From Bacillota bacterium (GTDB lineage Bacteria > Bacillota > Desulfotomaculia > Desulfotomaculales > Desulfallaceae): 32,000 nt of DNA. The position numbers and the translations under genes were made by a program. Below, one piece after another: positions 8,153 to 15,989 of the stretch. The first letter of the stretch is position 1; the number at the start of each line of letters is the position of its first letter. Below the pieces are notes generated by a model that searched no databases, had not been told where the DNA came from, and was given only the letters and a program-made list of their open reading frames with translations. Where the stretch lies: assembly GCA_023439185.1 (NCBI GenBank), contig JAEXOR010000011.1, forward strand, positions 233,168 through 265,167, read 5' to 3'.

Positions 8153-8776
8153 TCATTCGATCAAGCCCTTTTTTACGGCCGTGGTTAAAGCCTTTTCAAT
8201 GGAATCCGCGCCCAATTTGGTACAAATCCCCCTGATCCTCCGGCGCAGCGTGGATACACTCATGAACAACGCCACCGCCACTGTCTTTTGGGTTTCCCCC
8301 CGGGCCAGCATTTGTAAAATTTTTTGCTCCACCTCAGTTAAACCCGTTCCCGACAGGTTCATCAGCATTTCCACATTTAATCCCGGATACAGGTAGCGGC
8401 CGTCCCTCATGGTAATGGTAACGGCAGACTTTATTTCATCAAAGGAGGCATATTTGGGAATAAAACCATGGACGCCGCTCTCAATGGCCTTTTTGATAAA
8501 AAGGGCGTCGTCGTAAGTGGTTAAGGCAATAAACTTTACCCGGGGGATTTTTTGCTCGATCTCCCGGCACAGGTCCAGCCCGTCCCCGTCGGGCAGCTTA
8601 ATGTCCAGCAGGATAATGTCTATATCCTCCCGCAGGTTCTCCAGAGCTTCCCGGCAGGAGCCGGCCTCGGCCGCCACCGTCATGTACTCTTCCCTTTCTA
8701 TTAACCTGCGCAGGCCTTCCCGCAAAATGTTGTGATCATCCACCAGCATAATTTTGATTTCACTCATTTTTCTCAT
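8153..8776 (-). CDS. NarL/FixJ (LuxR-type HTH) family response regulator
   Basis: Receiver domain (IMLVDDH..., ILLDIKLPDGDG, phospho-acceptor Asp context) plus a C-terminal LuxR HTH (LTEVEQKILQMLARGETQKTVAVALFMSVSTLRRRIRGICTKLG). The start is either ATG 8776 or ATG 8767, both overlapping the kinase stop codon. Confidence 0.88.
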   Translation of the reverse strand: MRKMSEIKIMLVDDHNILREGLRRLIEREEYMTVAAEAGSCREALENLREDIDIILLDIKLPDGDGLDLCREIEQKIPRVKFIALTTYDDALFIKKAIESGVHGFIPKYASFDEIKSAVTITMRDGRYLYPGLNVEMLMNLSGTGLTEVEQKILQMLARGETQKTVAVALFMSVSTLRRRIRGICTKLGADSIEKALTTAVKKGLIE

Positions 8777-10373
8777 CTTCCACCGCCAAAGGTACGGTCA
8801 GGATGATGGAGAAACCGGACTCGCCGCTGTCGTATACCAGATCGCTGCCGATTAAGCCGGCCCGCTCCTTCATCCCCCACAATCCTGTTCCCGCCGCGAA
8901 ATTGTCCGGCGCGTCGCCGTTGTCCACAACCTCAACCTTTAAAATATCATCCTCTTCCATGAAGTAAATATCCACCTCGCTGGCATTGCTGTGCCTGCCG
9001 ACATTGACCAGGGCCTCCTGGATAATCCGGTAGATAATAATTTCGGTCCGCCGGTCCACATGAAGATTCTTGTTCTGATAGAACAGATAAACCTTGACGT
9101 CATGCATTTGTTCAAAATTGTGCGCATACGACTCCAGCGCGGACACCAGACCAACCTTGTCAATCAGATAGGGGTGAATGTCATTCATGATGCTGCGCAT
9201 ATCCATGGCCGCAGCCTGGCAGTGGCCCCGCAGCCGGACCAGGTCTTTATAGACCTGGCCGGGCATTTTTTCCTCGGCGGAACGCATTGTGTAATCCAGG
9301 GCATGGATAATGGGCGACATGCTTCTGCCAATCCAATCGTGAATCTCAATGGAGATCTTCTTGCGCTCCGACTCAATGGCGTCAAACAAATAACGTTTGT
9401 CCTTTGAAATCTCCGCGGAATATGCGATCATGGCGGCTCCCGTTAATTTGCCAAAGTAATACAAAGGAAAATAATCCGCGCTGATTAATGTTTTCGGTCC
9501 CCCGCTGCAGTAAGCCGTTTGATTGTTGGATATTTTTTCTTCTTTTAGAAGGACGTCAAACAAGAATTTGGTCAGGGTCAGCAGGGGCGGGTGCAAGGCC
9601 GTCATGTCGTTTAGCGGCTGGTTAATCATTTCCGCCGCGGGTATCTGCAGCAGTTTTTCAGCCGCCTGATTCACCTTGGTAATCTTGCCTCGCCGATCAA
9701 TAATCAACACGGCTGTTCTGGTCAATTCAATAATGGTGTCTGAACGGCCATATTTGATTAGCATCGGCAGAATTAATTTGCGGGTGCCCACAATCAATAA
9801 TACCAGACCCAGCAGGAACAAAAGGGTAGCAGCAATATTGACAATGTTTTCCCTGAACACAATATTTGACGTATCCCGCTTTAAAATATCATGGCGGGCC
9901 GACTGGATTTGGCTTGAGGTTTCCTGCAAACGGGCGGCCAATTCCTCATGCTGCTCCAAGTATATAATGAGATCGGCTGAGGCGTCCAATTTTTTGGCTT
10001 GTGCCACTTTATCCTTGACAAAGGTAATATATTCCCGGGTTAGATTGATTAATCCCGCCAGTTTTTCCTTTTCTTCCCCGGTTAAGGCCCCGTTATAAAG
10101 GCTCATTTCCTCCCTGGTAACGGTTGTGGCATATTCGTTGAATTTTTCCAGATACCCGTCGTCTGAACGGATGATATAGGCGTGGCCGTTGGAAATTAGC
10201 CGGGCAATATTTACGGATAGACTGCCGCTGTCGGCTAAAAATTCGTAGCCCGTTGAAATCTTTTTGATTTTTGGCGGTATCGTAATGGAATTGAATAAAT
10301 GCAGTAACGGTATGGCCAATAAGATAGCTATAAACAATAGATACCATCTGCGCAGATAGCTGCTTTTACCCAT
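8760..10373 (-). CDS. Membrane sensor histidine kinase, HisKA_3 (NarX/DegS-like) class
   Basis: Two TM segments flank an extracytoplasmic helical domain of about 150 aa. These are followed by a PAS-like module (AVLIIDRRGKITKVNQAAEKLL), the H-box ISIEIHDWIGRSMSP, and an HATPase with N box (EALVNVGRHSNAS) and G boxes (DNGDA, GTGLWGMKERA). Confidence 0.88.
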   Translation of the reverse strand: MGKSSYLRRWYLLFIAILLAIPLLHLFNSITIPPKIKKISTGYEFLADSGSLSVNIARLISNGHAYIIRSDDGYLEKFNEYATTVTREEMSLYNGALTGEEKEKLAGLINLTREYITFVKDKVAQAKKLDASADLIIYLEQHEELAARLQETSSQIQSARHDILKRDTSNIVFRENIVNIAATLLFLLGLVLLIVGTRKLILPMLIKYGRSDTIIELTRTAVLIIDRRGKITKVNQAAEKLLQIPAAEMINQPLNDMTALHPPLLTLTKFLFDVLLKEEKISNNQTAYCSGGPKTLISADYFPLYYFGKLTGAAMIAYSAEISKDKRYLFDAIESERKKISIEIHDWIGRSMSPIIHALDYTMRSAEEKMPGQVYKDLVRLRGHCQAAAMDMRSIMNDIHPYLIDKVGLVSALESYAHNFEQMHDVKVYLFYQNKNLHVDRRTEIIIYRIIQEALVNVGRHSNASEVDIYFMEEDDILKVEVVDNGDAPDNFAAGTGLWGMKERAGLIGSDLVYDSGESGFSIILTVPLAVEDEKNE

Positions 10374-10438
10374 AAGACCACCCTTCTCCGCTTCTAAAAT
10401 TTCGACGCGGCCACCTGTTTCCCTTTGTCATAAAAACT

Positions 10439-10481
10439 AATAAACACCGGGTATATTGTTTGGAAGAACCCGGTGTTTATT
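10439..10481 (-). terminator. Hairpin with T-tract between the micro-ORF and the kinase gene, a candidate intrinsic terminator or attenuator
   Basis: Perfect 14-bp arms AATAAACACCGGGT (10439-10452) and ACCCGGTGTTTATT (10468-10481) with a 15-nt loop. On the minus strand the hairpin is followed by AGTTTTTAT. Confidence 0.5.
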
Positions 10482-10516
10482 ATGACCCAATTGCTTGTTA
10501 TCCATGGAGCGCCAAT

Positions 10517-10678
10517 TTATTTAAATATGATCACGAATAGGATCAGCAAGCCAATCCCCAGGGCCAGAGAAGTTTTAATCAGTTTCAACTCAATGGGCAA
10601 TAAATCAAACCACTCGTCTTCCATCGCCTCAGCCGGAGTGGGAGTCTGCCGGGCTTGTACCGTTTCCAATTCAGCCAT
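10517..10678 (-). CDS. 53-aa tail-anchored micro-protein (not in the supplied ORF track)
   Basis: ATG at 10678 preceded by AAAGGAGGTAAAATCC. Translation: MAELETVQARQTPTPAEAMEDEWFDLLPIELKLIKTSLALGIGLLILFVIIFK*. It has an acidic N-terminal region and one C-terminal TM segment. It lies 56 nt downstream of the second YeiH-like gene on the same strand. Confidence 0.55.
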   Translation of the reverse strand: MAELETVQARQTPTPAEAMEDEWFDLLPIELKLIKTSLALGIGLLILFVIIFK

Positions 10679-10734
10679 GGATTTTACCTCCTTTTAGTCT
10701 TTTTAGCGGGTTACTTGCCTGTTTCAGTGCGTTT

Positions 10735-12225
10735 TTACGCCAGGGGCGGCATAATGCCGTTGTAGAATACCCAGGAGATAAACAGGCCCACCCAGAGAAT
10801 AAAACCGAACAAGGCTACGGCATAAACGGTAACAATGCGGCCCATTCCTTCCTGCCACAGCTTGCGCACATTGGTAATCAAACCAATAGAGAAGAAACAC
10901 AGGCCAAAGAAAATATTCCTCAGGGCGTTGGCTTGCGCTGAACCGGTATCCGCCGCCTTGACGGTATCCGGGTTGTTCAGGCCAAGCAGCAGAATGATCA
11001 CGAAGGTCAACACAAAACCAATGATAAATTTGGGGAAACGATCCCAAATTTCGCTGGCCTTCACTTCCGACTTCTGCCCCGCCACCGCGCAGGCAGCCCT
11101 TTTGTTCTTGTCGCCAATGCCGAACATGCACCAGATCACAGCCAGAATAAAAGCCCAAACGCCGATAAAGATGTCAATAAATACCTTGGTGGTGGTGGCC
11201 GCCATCAAAATCCAGCCCTCCTGCCAGCTCACGCCCATCTCCTTGAGGGCTTTGGCCCGGATTAACGAATCGGTAATGGCGCCGCTGGCGATGGCGCCGC
11301 CGTCGCTTTTAACGGCCAGCCCCATCCAGGCCCCCGCCACCATGGGCTCCTTATAGAGAATTAGCTGGGCCAGCCAGGGCAGGAACAACAATTCCATGGC
11401 CACAAAGACGATGATTACCGCGGACAAAATAACCGGCACCACCGGACGGGCGCGGATGGCGGCGCCGGTGGCAATGGCGGCCGAAACACCGCAAATGGAA
11501 ATACCCGAAGCCAGCGGGGCGGCCCACTCCGGTGTAAATTTAAAGTACCTGCGGGCAATGAAATAAACAACCGCCCAATAAATCAGATAAGCTTCCACCA
11601 CGGCGCACAGGCCCCGGATAATCACGGTGGAGGCCAGCCCCATGGCGCCCAGGGTTTTAACGGCAATGGCGGCGCCCAGTACAACAATACCGGTTTTAAT
11701 AAACCATTCGGGCTTGGCCGCCTCCTTCAGAAAATTAGCGGTACCCAGAAAGAAGTTACCGATGATTAGACCGATAATCATGGCGAAGATATAGCCCATA
11801 TCGCCCAATCCCATGGCCCAGGGAATATTATAGCTGGCCAGCTTGTCAGGGGTGGCGGAAATATAGGCATATTTACCCAGGATAATGCAAGTATAGGTAA
11901 TGACGAAGATGACGGTGAAACCCGCCATATACCTTTTTACATTGGCGCCCATTACGGCGGAGCCGATGGTGGTGCAAACCAATAAAAACAGGAAGGTTAA
12001 TATCAGTGACGAAAAGCCGGACAACCCCTCAAAGTTGCTCGATATCGGGGCGATGGATTTGGAGATATCCATCCAGGTGCTGTCCTTGACCACCCAGCCC
12101 AGCAGGTCCAGGCCGAAAATAGGTCCCAGTCCCAGGGCAAAGATAAACAGCCCCAGCCACGCCGCCCACCAGTCTTCATCTTTATGCATGGGTTTTCTTG
12201 CGTAAGTGTTGTTTTCACTAACCAT
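10735..12225 (-). CDS. Long YeiH/UPF0324-like membrane transporter (paralog of 5401-6525)
   Basis: 496 aa and highly hydrophobic. The motif ASGISICGVSAAIATGAAIRAR matches the AICGVSA...A.RA motif of the first paralog. The RBS AAAGGAGGGTATGGG precedes the ATG. Confidence 0.55.
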   Translation of the reverse strand: MVSENNTYARKPMHKDEDWWAAWLGLFIFALGLGPIFGLDLLGWVVKDSTWMDISKSIAPISSNFEGLSGFSSLILTFLFLLVCTTIGSAVMGANVKRYMAGFTVIFVITYTCIILGKYAYISATPDKLASYNIPWAMGLGDMGYIFAMIIGLIIGNFFLGTANFLKEAAKPEWFIKTGIVVLGAAIAVKTLGAMGLASTVIIRGLCAVVEAYLIYWAVVYFIARRYFKFTPEWAAPLASGISICGVSAAIATGAAIRARPVVPVILSAVIIVFVAMELLFLPWLAQLILYKEPMVAGAWMGLAVKSDGGAIASGAITDSLIRAKALKEMGVSWQEGWILMAATTTKVFIDIFIGVWAFILAVIWCMFGIGDKNKRAACAVAGQKSEVKASEIWDRFPKFIIGFVLTFVIILLLGLNNPDTVKAADTGSAQANALRNIFFGLCFFSIGLITNVRKLWQEGMGRIVTVYAVALFGFILWVGLFISWVFYNGIMPPLA

Positions 12226-12638
12226 CCCATACCCTCCTTTACTCAGCTTTTGGCATGAAAATTTGGCTTGATATAAAAAACAGCCGCCATTTCTTTGATC
12301 AGTCAGCTATAGACATCACCTCCAGGAAACAAAGCATTTTTTGAACTATCAGCCGGATGGGTAAATAAAAATTATGCCAGGCATAAGCAAGGTTAATGAC
12401 TGCTTAAAAAAAAATTAAACCAATCCATATAATTAATCAATTCCGCCGGCACGGTTTGAATGTTTATTACGATGTTGTGGCATAGTTTCGTCACGGGATT
12501 GAACATTTTGGTTCATCATTTTGACGCATATGAACGGCAGGCCCAGTCCGGCGCTTGCCATGTTTTAACCGCATCTGTAGAATTAAACCAACAAGAAAAA
12601 TGTGATGGTAAATTTTAATTTGATTACAGGAGTACTAT

Positions 12639-13124
12639 ATGGAAGGCCAAATCTTGTTTATTACCGACGGTTCAGCCTCCGCCGGCCAGGCCGGGGAAAT
12701 GGCAATCGGCCTGGCCAATCTGTGGCGGGTATCCTTGCGGGCGGTTTACATCCTTGATGAAGGCTGGAGAGACATCCTTGGCGATGAATGGATAAGCACC
12801 CCCGCAGCCAGGGCCGGGTTCTACCGCTGGCTGGAAGGCGGCTTAACCGGGCATGCCCATGATATATTGCAGAAGTTTGCCCAAAGGGCTGCGGAAAGCG
12901 GGGTTTGGGTGACAACGGACATTATCGTGGGTAAAGCGGAAAAGACCATTGCCGTACTGGCCGAATCAGCAACGCCCCTTTTACTGGTATTGCCCAACCC
13001 AAACGCCACGCTCCCCCCGGCGGAGGGCGGTTTTCAGTTCAACATTCGCTCTCTGACGCAAAAAATAAAATGCCCGGTGCTGATTGGTCCCAATCCGCCA
13101 CGGACAAATTCAACTGGTCTGTAA
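12639..13124 (+). CDS. Universal stress protein (UspA)-like alpha/beta domain protein
   Basis: 161 aa, with ILFITDGSASAGQAGEMAI...L.AVYILD at the N-terminus and G....I...A......LLVL near the C-terminus. This fits a Usp/adenine-nucleotide alpha-hydrolase-like fold. The RBS AGGAG precedes the ATG. Confidence 0.55.
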   Translation: MEGQILFITDGSASAGQAGEMAIGLANLWRVSLRAVYILDEGWRDILGDEWISTPAARAGFYRWLEGGLTGHAHDILQKFAQRAAESGVWVTTDIIVGKAEKTIAVLAESATPLLLVLPNPNATLPPAEGGFQFNIRSLTQKIKCPVLIGPNPPRTNSTGL

Positions 13125-13155
13125 TTCCGGGGGATTTTTTTTATACTCGTTCATA

Positions 13156-13184
13156 TTGACATTTTTCGATTTGACGCTTACAAT
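13156..13184 (+). promoter_or_regulatory. Strong sigma70-type promoter of the ars-hgc operon
   Basis: TTGACA (13156-13161), a 17-nt spacer, then TACAAT (13179-13184), 36 nt upstream of the arsR ATG. It is flanked by the direct repeats TTTTTCGATTTGA (13162-13174) and TTTTTAGATTTGA (13198-13210). Confidence 0.6.
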
Positions 13185-13219
13185 ACTCATATCGAAGTTT
13201 TTAGATTTGAGGTGCCGGA

Positions 13220-13552
13220 ATGGATTATTATTCTGAACATGCGAAAGTGTTCAAGGCGTTGGGCGATCCCAAAAGAGCCATGATTGTGGATATGCTCTCC
13301 TGCGGTGAACTTTGCGCCTGCATGATTTTAGAGAAATTCAAGATGTCCCAATCCACGTTGTCCCACCACATGAAGACCCTGTGCGAATGTGGGCTTGTTA
13401 AAGGCAGAAATGAAGGCAAATGGACTCACTATTCGCTGGATGCGGAAACAATCAGCAAAACAAAGCAGTTTTTGCACACCATTACCACCGACAAGGAAGA
13501 CTGCATCTGCAAGGTAAATGCGGACTGCTGTAAAGGAAGTGAATCAGAATGA
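13220..13552 (+). CDS. arsR: ArsR/SmtB-family metalloregulatory repressor
   Basis: Winged-HTH with the metal(loid)-site motif LSCGELCACMILEKF followed by SQSTLSHHMKTLCECGLV. The C-terminus is Cys-rich (DCICKVNADCCKG). The stop overlaps the hgcA start (ATGA at 13549-13552). Confidence 0.9.
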   Translation: MDYYSEHAKVFKALGDPKRAMIVDMLSCGELCACMILEKFKMSQSTLSHHMKTLCECGLVKGRNEGKWTHYSLDAETISKTKQFLHTITTDKEDCICKVNADCCKGSESE

Positions 13553-14607
13553 GTGAAGAAAAATCCTGCTGTTGTTCGGCTGATACCTGTTGCGCCGTGG
13601 AACCCATTAGGGGAGAAATCCGGGCTTTGCAACACGACGTTACTGCGGTGTCAACGAATATAAATTTTAAGGACACGCTTGGAACCTGGAAAGCACGCTG
13701 GGGCATAGGCAGGATGAATTACAAGATTAATCCCGGGCTTTATGCCGTCGGCAATCCCGATCATACGTCCCCGGTGCTGGTCAGCGCAAACTACAAACTG
13801 ACCTTCGATGCTTTAAGAAAAGAGCTTTCCGGGCTGCATTGCTGGATTCTGATCCTCGATACAAAGGGCATCAACGTCTGGTGCGCCGCCGGCAAAGGCA
13901 CCTTCGGAACTGATGAACTGGTGGGCCGCATATTAAAGACAGGACTGTCCGGGCTTGTATCGCACAGGAAATTGATTTTGCCGCAACTTAGCGCCCCAGG
14001 CGTGAGCGCCCATGAAGTAACCAGGCAAACCGGCTTTGCAGTGGTTTACGGCCCAGTAAGAGCCCGTGATATAAAGGCTTTCCTTGAGTCAGATCTCACG
14101 GCTACAGAAGAAATGCGCTCCGTTAAATTTACATTGCGGGACAGGTTGGTTCTCACGCCTGTGGAACTGGTGCCGGCCGCAAAGGCTTCATTAATGGTTT
14201 TCGGAGTATTGTTCCTCATCAACCTTTTTGCCGCCAGACCTTTCGGGCTCGCGGATTTAATTGTTTATGCGGGCGCCGTGGTAACGGGAACCGTTGTTAC
14301 CCCCGCCCTCCTGCCCTATATTCCCGGCCGGGCCTTCGCCTGGAAGGGCTGGCTGCTGGGACTGTGCTGGACAGCATGGTTTATTTGGTTCAACGGCTGG
14401 TTTGTTTCGGAATTCCTGCTTCTGGCCATAGGCTATTTGCTGGTTCTGCCGTCATTGTCGGCCTTTCTGGCCATGAATTTCACAGGCTCGTCAACGTACA
14501 CTTCCTTTTCCGGTGTGATCAAGGAAATGAAAACAGCGGTGCCGTTGATTGCTCTTTCCTCCGTCGTGGGAATCGTGCTGGTTTTAACGGCAACCCTGTC
14601 GACTTAA
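13549..14607 (+). CDS. hgcA: HgcA, the corrinoid protein of the mercury-methylation pair (N-terminal corrinoid-binding domain plus C-terminal TM domain)
   Basis: Contains the diagnostic cap-helix motif GINVWCAAGKGTFG (family consensus N(V/I)WCA(A/G)GK) in a CFeSP-like domain. About 5 C-terminal TM helices follow (LMVFGVLFLINLF..., LIVYAGAVVTGTVV..., WLLGLCWTAWFIWF..., LLLAIGYLLVLPSL..., LIALSSVVGIVLVL). There is an unusual N-terminal SCCCSADTCC stretch. Confidence 0.9.
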   Translation: MSEEKSCCCSADTCCAVEPIRGEIRALQHDVTAVSTNINFKDTLGTWKARWGIGRMNYKINPGLYAVGNPDHTSPVLVSANYKLTFDALRKELSGLHCWILILDTKGINVWCAAGKGTFGTDELVGRILKTGLSGLVSHRKLILPQLSAPGVSAHEVTRQTGFAVVYGPVRARDIKAFLESDLTATEEMRSVKFTLRDRLVLTPVELVPAAKASLMVFGVLFLINLFAARPFGLADLIVYAGAVVTGTVVTPALLPYIPGRAFAWKGWLLGLCWTAWFIWFNGWFVSEFLLLAIGYLLVLPSLSAFLAMNFTGSSTYTSFSGVIKEMKTAVPLIALSSVVGIVLVLTATLST

Positions 14608-14621
14608 ACAAGGAGGGCATT

Positions 14622-14912
14622 ATGAAACACAGGTATCTGAAAAATGTCGCGACACTTGGTCTGGCGGCTGAAAAATGTGTGGGCTGCGGAAGATGCGTAC
14701 AGGTTTGTCCCCATGGAGTGTTCGGCGTGGAAGATAAACGGGCGCGGATAAAAGACAAAGACAGGTGTATGGAGTGCGGCGCTTGTTTGATAAACTGCCC
14801 CGCCAACGCCATCTCTGTCGATACCGGGGTCGGATGCGCCTCCGCCGTGATCTGGGGCTGGCTTACCGGAAGCGAACCGAGCTGTGATTGTTCAGACAGC
14901 GGATGCTGTTAA
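14622..14912 (+). CDS. hgcB: HgcB, the 2x[4Fe-4S] ferredoxin partner of HgcA
   Basis: The true start is the ATG at 14622 after AAGGAGGG; the 182-aa track ORF is an upstream extension overlapping hgcA. Two CxxCxxCxxxCP motifs (CVGCGRCVQVCP and CMECGACLINCP) include the diagnostic C(M/I)ECGA. It also has the conserved internal GVGCA Cys and the C-terminal vicinal Cys pair (..SGCC*). Confidence 0.9.
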   Translation: MKHRYLKNVATLGLAAEKCVGCGRCVQVCPHGVFGVEDKRARIKDKDRCMECGACLINCPANAISVDTGVGCASAVIWGWLTGSEPSCDCSDSGCC

Positions 14913-14927
14913 AAAGGTGGTGTGTTT

Positions 14928-15989
14928 ATGAGCAAAGTGAAAAATACAGGTATTAGTTTTTTTGAAAAGTACCTGACCCTATGGGTTGCCCTGTGCATGG
15001 TTGCCGGTATTCTGATCGGAAAATTCCTGCCTGCAATTCCTGATTTTTTAGGTAAATTTGAGTATGCGCAAGTGTCCATTCCCATCGCCATTTTAATCTG
15101 GTTAATGATCTATCCCATGATGATGAAGGTGGACTTCGCCAGCATTAAAAACGTGGGTAAAAACCCTGAAGGCTTATATGTTACATGGGTGACCAACTGG
15201 CTAATCAAGCCCTTTACCATGTTCGGCATCGCGTGGCTTTTCTTCCATGTGGTATTCAAGGCGTTTATTCCCGCGGAGCTAGCCAGGGATTATTTAGCCG
15301 GGGCTATTTTACTTGGCGCAGCGCCTTGTACGGCAATGGTGTTTGTATGGAGCCATCTGACCAAGGGAAGGCCCGCTTATACAGTGGTACAGGTTGCCAC
15401 AAACGACCTCATTATTCTCGTAGCCTTTACGCCAATCGTCGCCTTTTTGCTTGGCGTGGGCGGCATATCCATCCCGTGGGATACGCTTATCCTGTCTGTG
15501 GTGCTATTCGTTGTCATACCATTATCAGCCGGTATCGCCACAAGAATCTGGATGATCAAAAACAAAGGTGTGGAATATTTCGAACAGCGGTTTATTCCCA
15601 AGTTTAATAACATTACAATTATAGGCTTGCTGCTCACGTTGATTATCATTTTCTCCTTCCAGGGAGAAGTGATATTGAGCAATCCCCAACATATCCTGTT
15701 GATTGCCATACCGCTGATTCTGCAGACACTCCTGGTCTTTTTCATAGCCTATACCGCCTGCAAACTGCTCAAGCTACCGCATGACATAGCGGCTCCGGCC
15801 GGCATGATTGGCGCGTCCAACTTCTTTGAGCTTGCCGTGGCGGTGGCCATTTCCCTGTTTGGCACGACATCGCCTGTGGCGCTGGCGACCATTGTGGGAG
15901 TGCTTGTCGAGGTGCCTGTTATGTTAACGCTGGTACGTATCGCCAACAATACACGTCATTGGTTCAGGGAGGAAAAACAGCATGGATAA
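14928..15989 (+). CDS. acr3: ACR3-family arsenite efflux permease
   Basis: The N-terminus ISFFEKYLTLWVALCMVAGILIGKF and the LGAAPCTAMVFVW motif (conserved Cys/Pro) are typical of Acr3/ArsB(ACR3), with about 10 TM segments. I prefer the ATG at 14928 (after AAGGTGGTG) over the GTG at 14922. Confidence 0.9.
   Translation: MSKVKNTGISFFEKYLTLWVALCMVAGILIGKFLPAIPDFLGKFEYAQVSIPIAILIWLMIYPMMMKVDFASIKNVGKNPEGLYVTWVTNWLIKPFTMFGIAWLFFHVVFKAFIPAELARDYLAGAILLGAAPCTAMVFVWSHLTKGRPAYTVVQVATNDLIILVAFTPIVAFLLGVGGISIPWDTLILSVVLFVVIPLSAGIATRIWMIKNKGVEYFEQRFIPKFNNITIIGLLLTLIIIFSFQGEVILSNPQHILLIAIPLILQTLLVFFIAYTACKLLKLPHDIAAPAGMIGASNFFELAVAVAISLFGTTSPVALATIVGVLVEVPVMLTLVRIANNTRHWFREEKQHG

Noticed and set aside
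10473-10697. The 74-aa + strand ORF in the transporter-kinase intergenic region.
   Set aside because: It is antisense to the 53-aa minus-strand micro-ORF, which has a much better RBS (AAAGGAGGT) and a coherent acidic-head/TM-tail design. The + ORF spans the terminator hairpin and has no RBS.
12251-12268. A sigma-54-like TGGCAT...TTGGC element upstream of the long YeiH-like gene.
   Set aside because: It is on the wrong strand for that gene. The GG-to-GC spacing is 14 nt rather than 12, and there is no enhancer-binding-protein gene nearby.
14364-14621. The N-terminal 86 residues of the 182-aa track ORF containing hgcB.
   Set aside because: This part overlaps the TM domain of hgcA in another frame. 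A strong AAGGAGGG RBS precedes the internal ATG at 14622, which yields a 96-aa protein of typical HgcB size.
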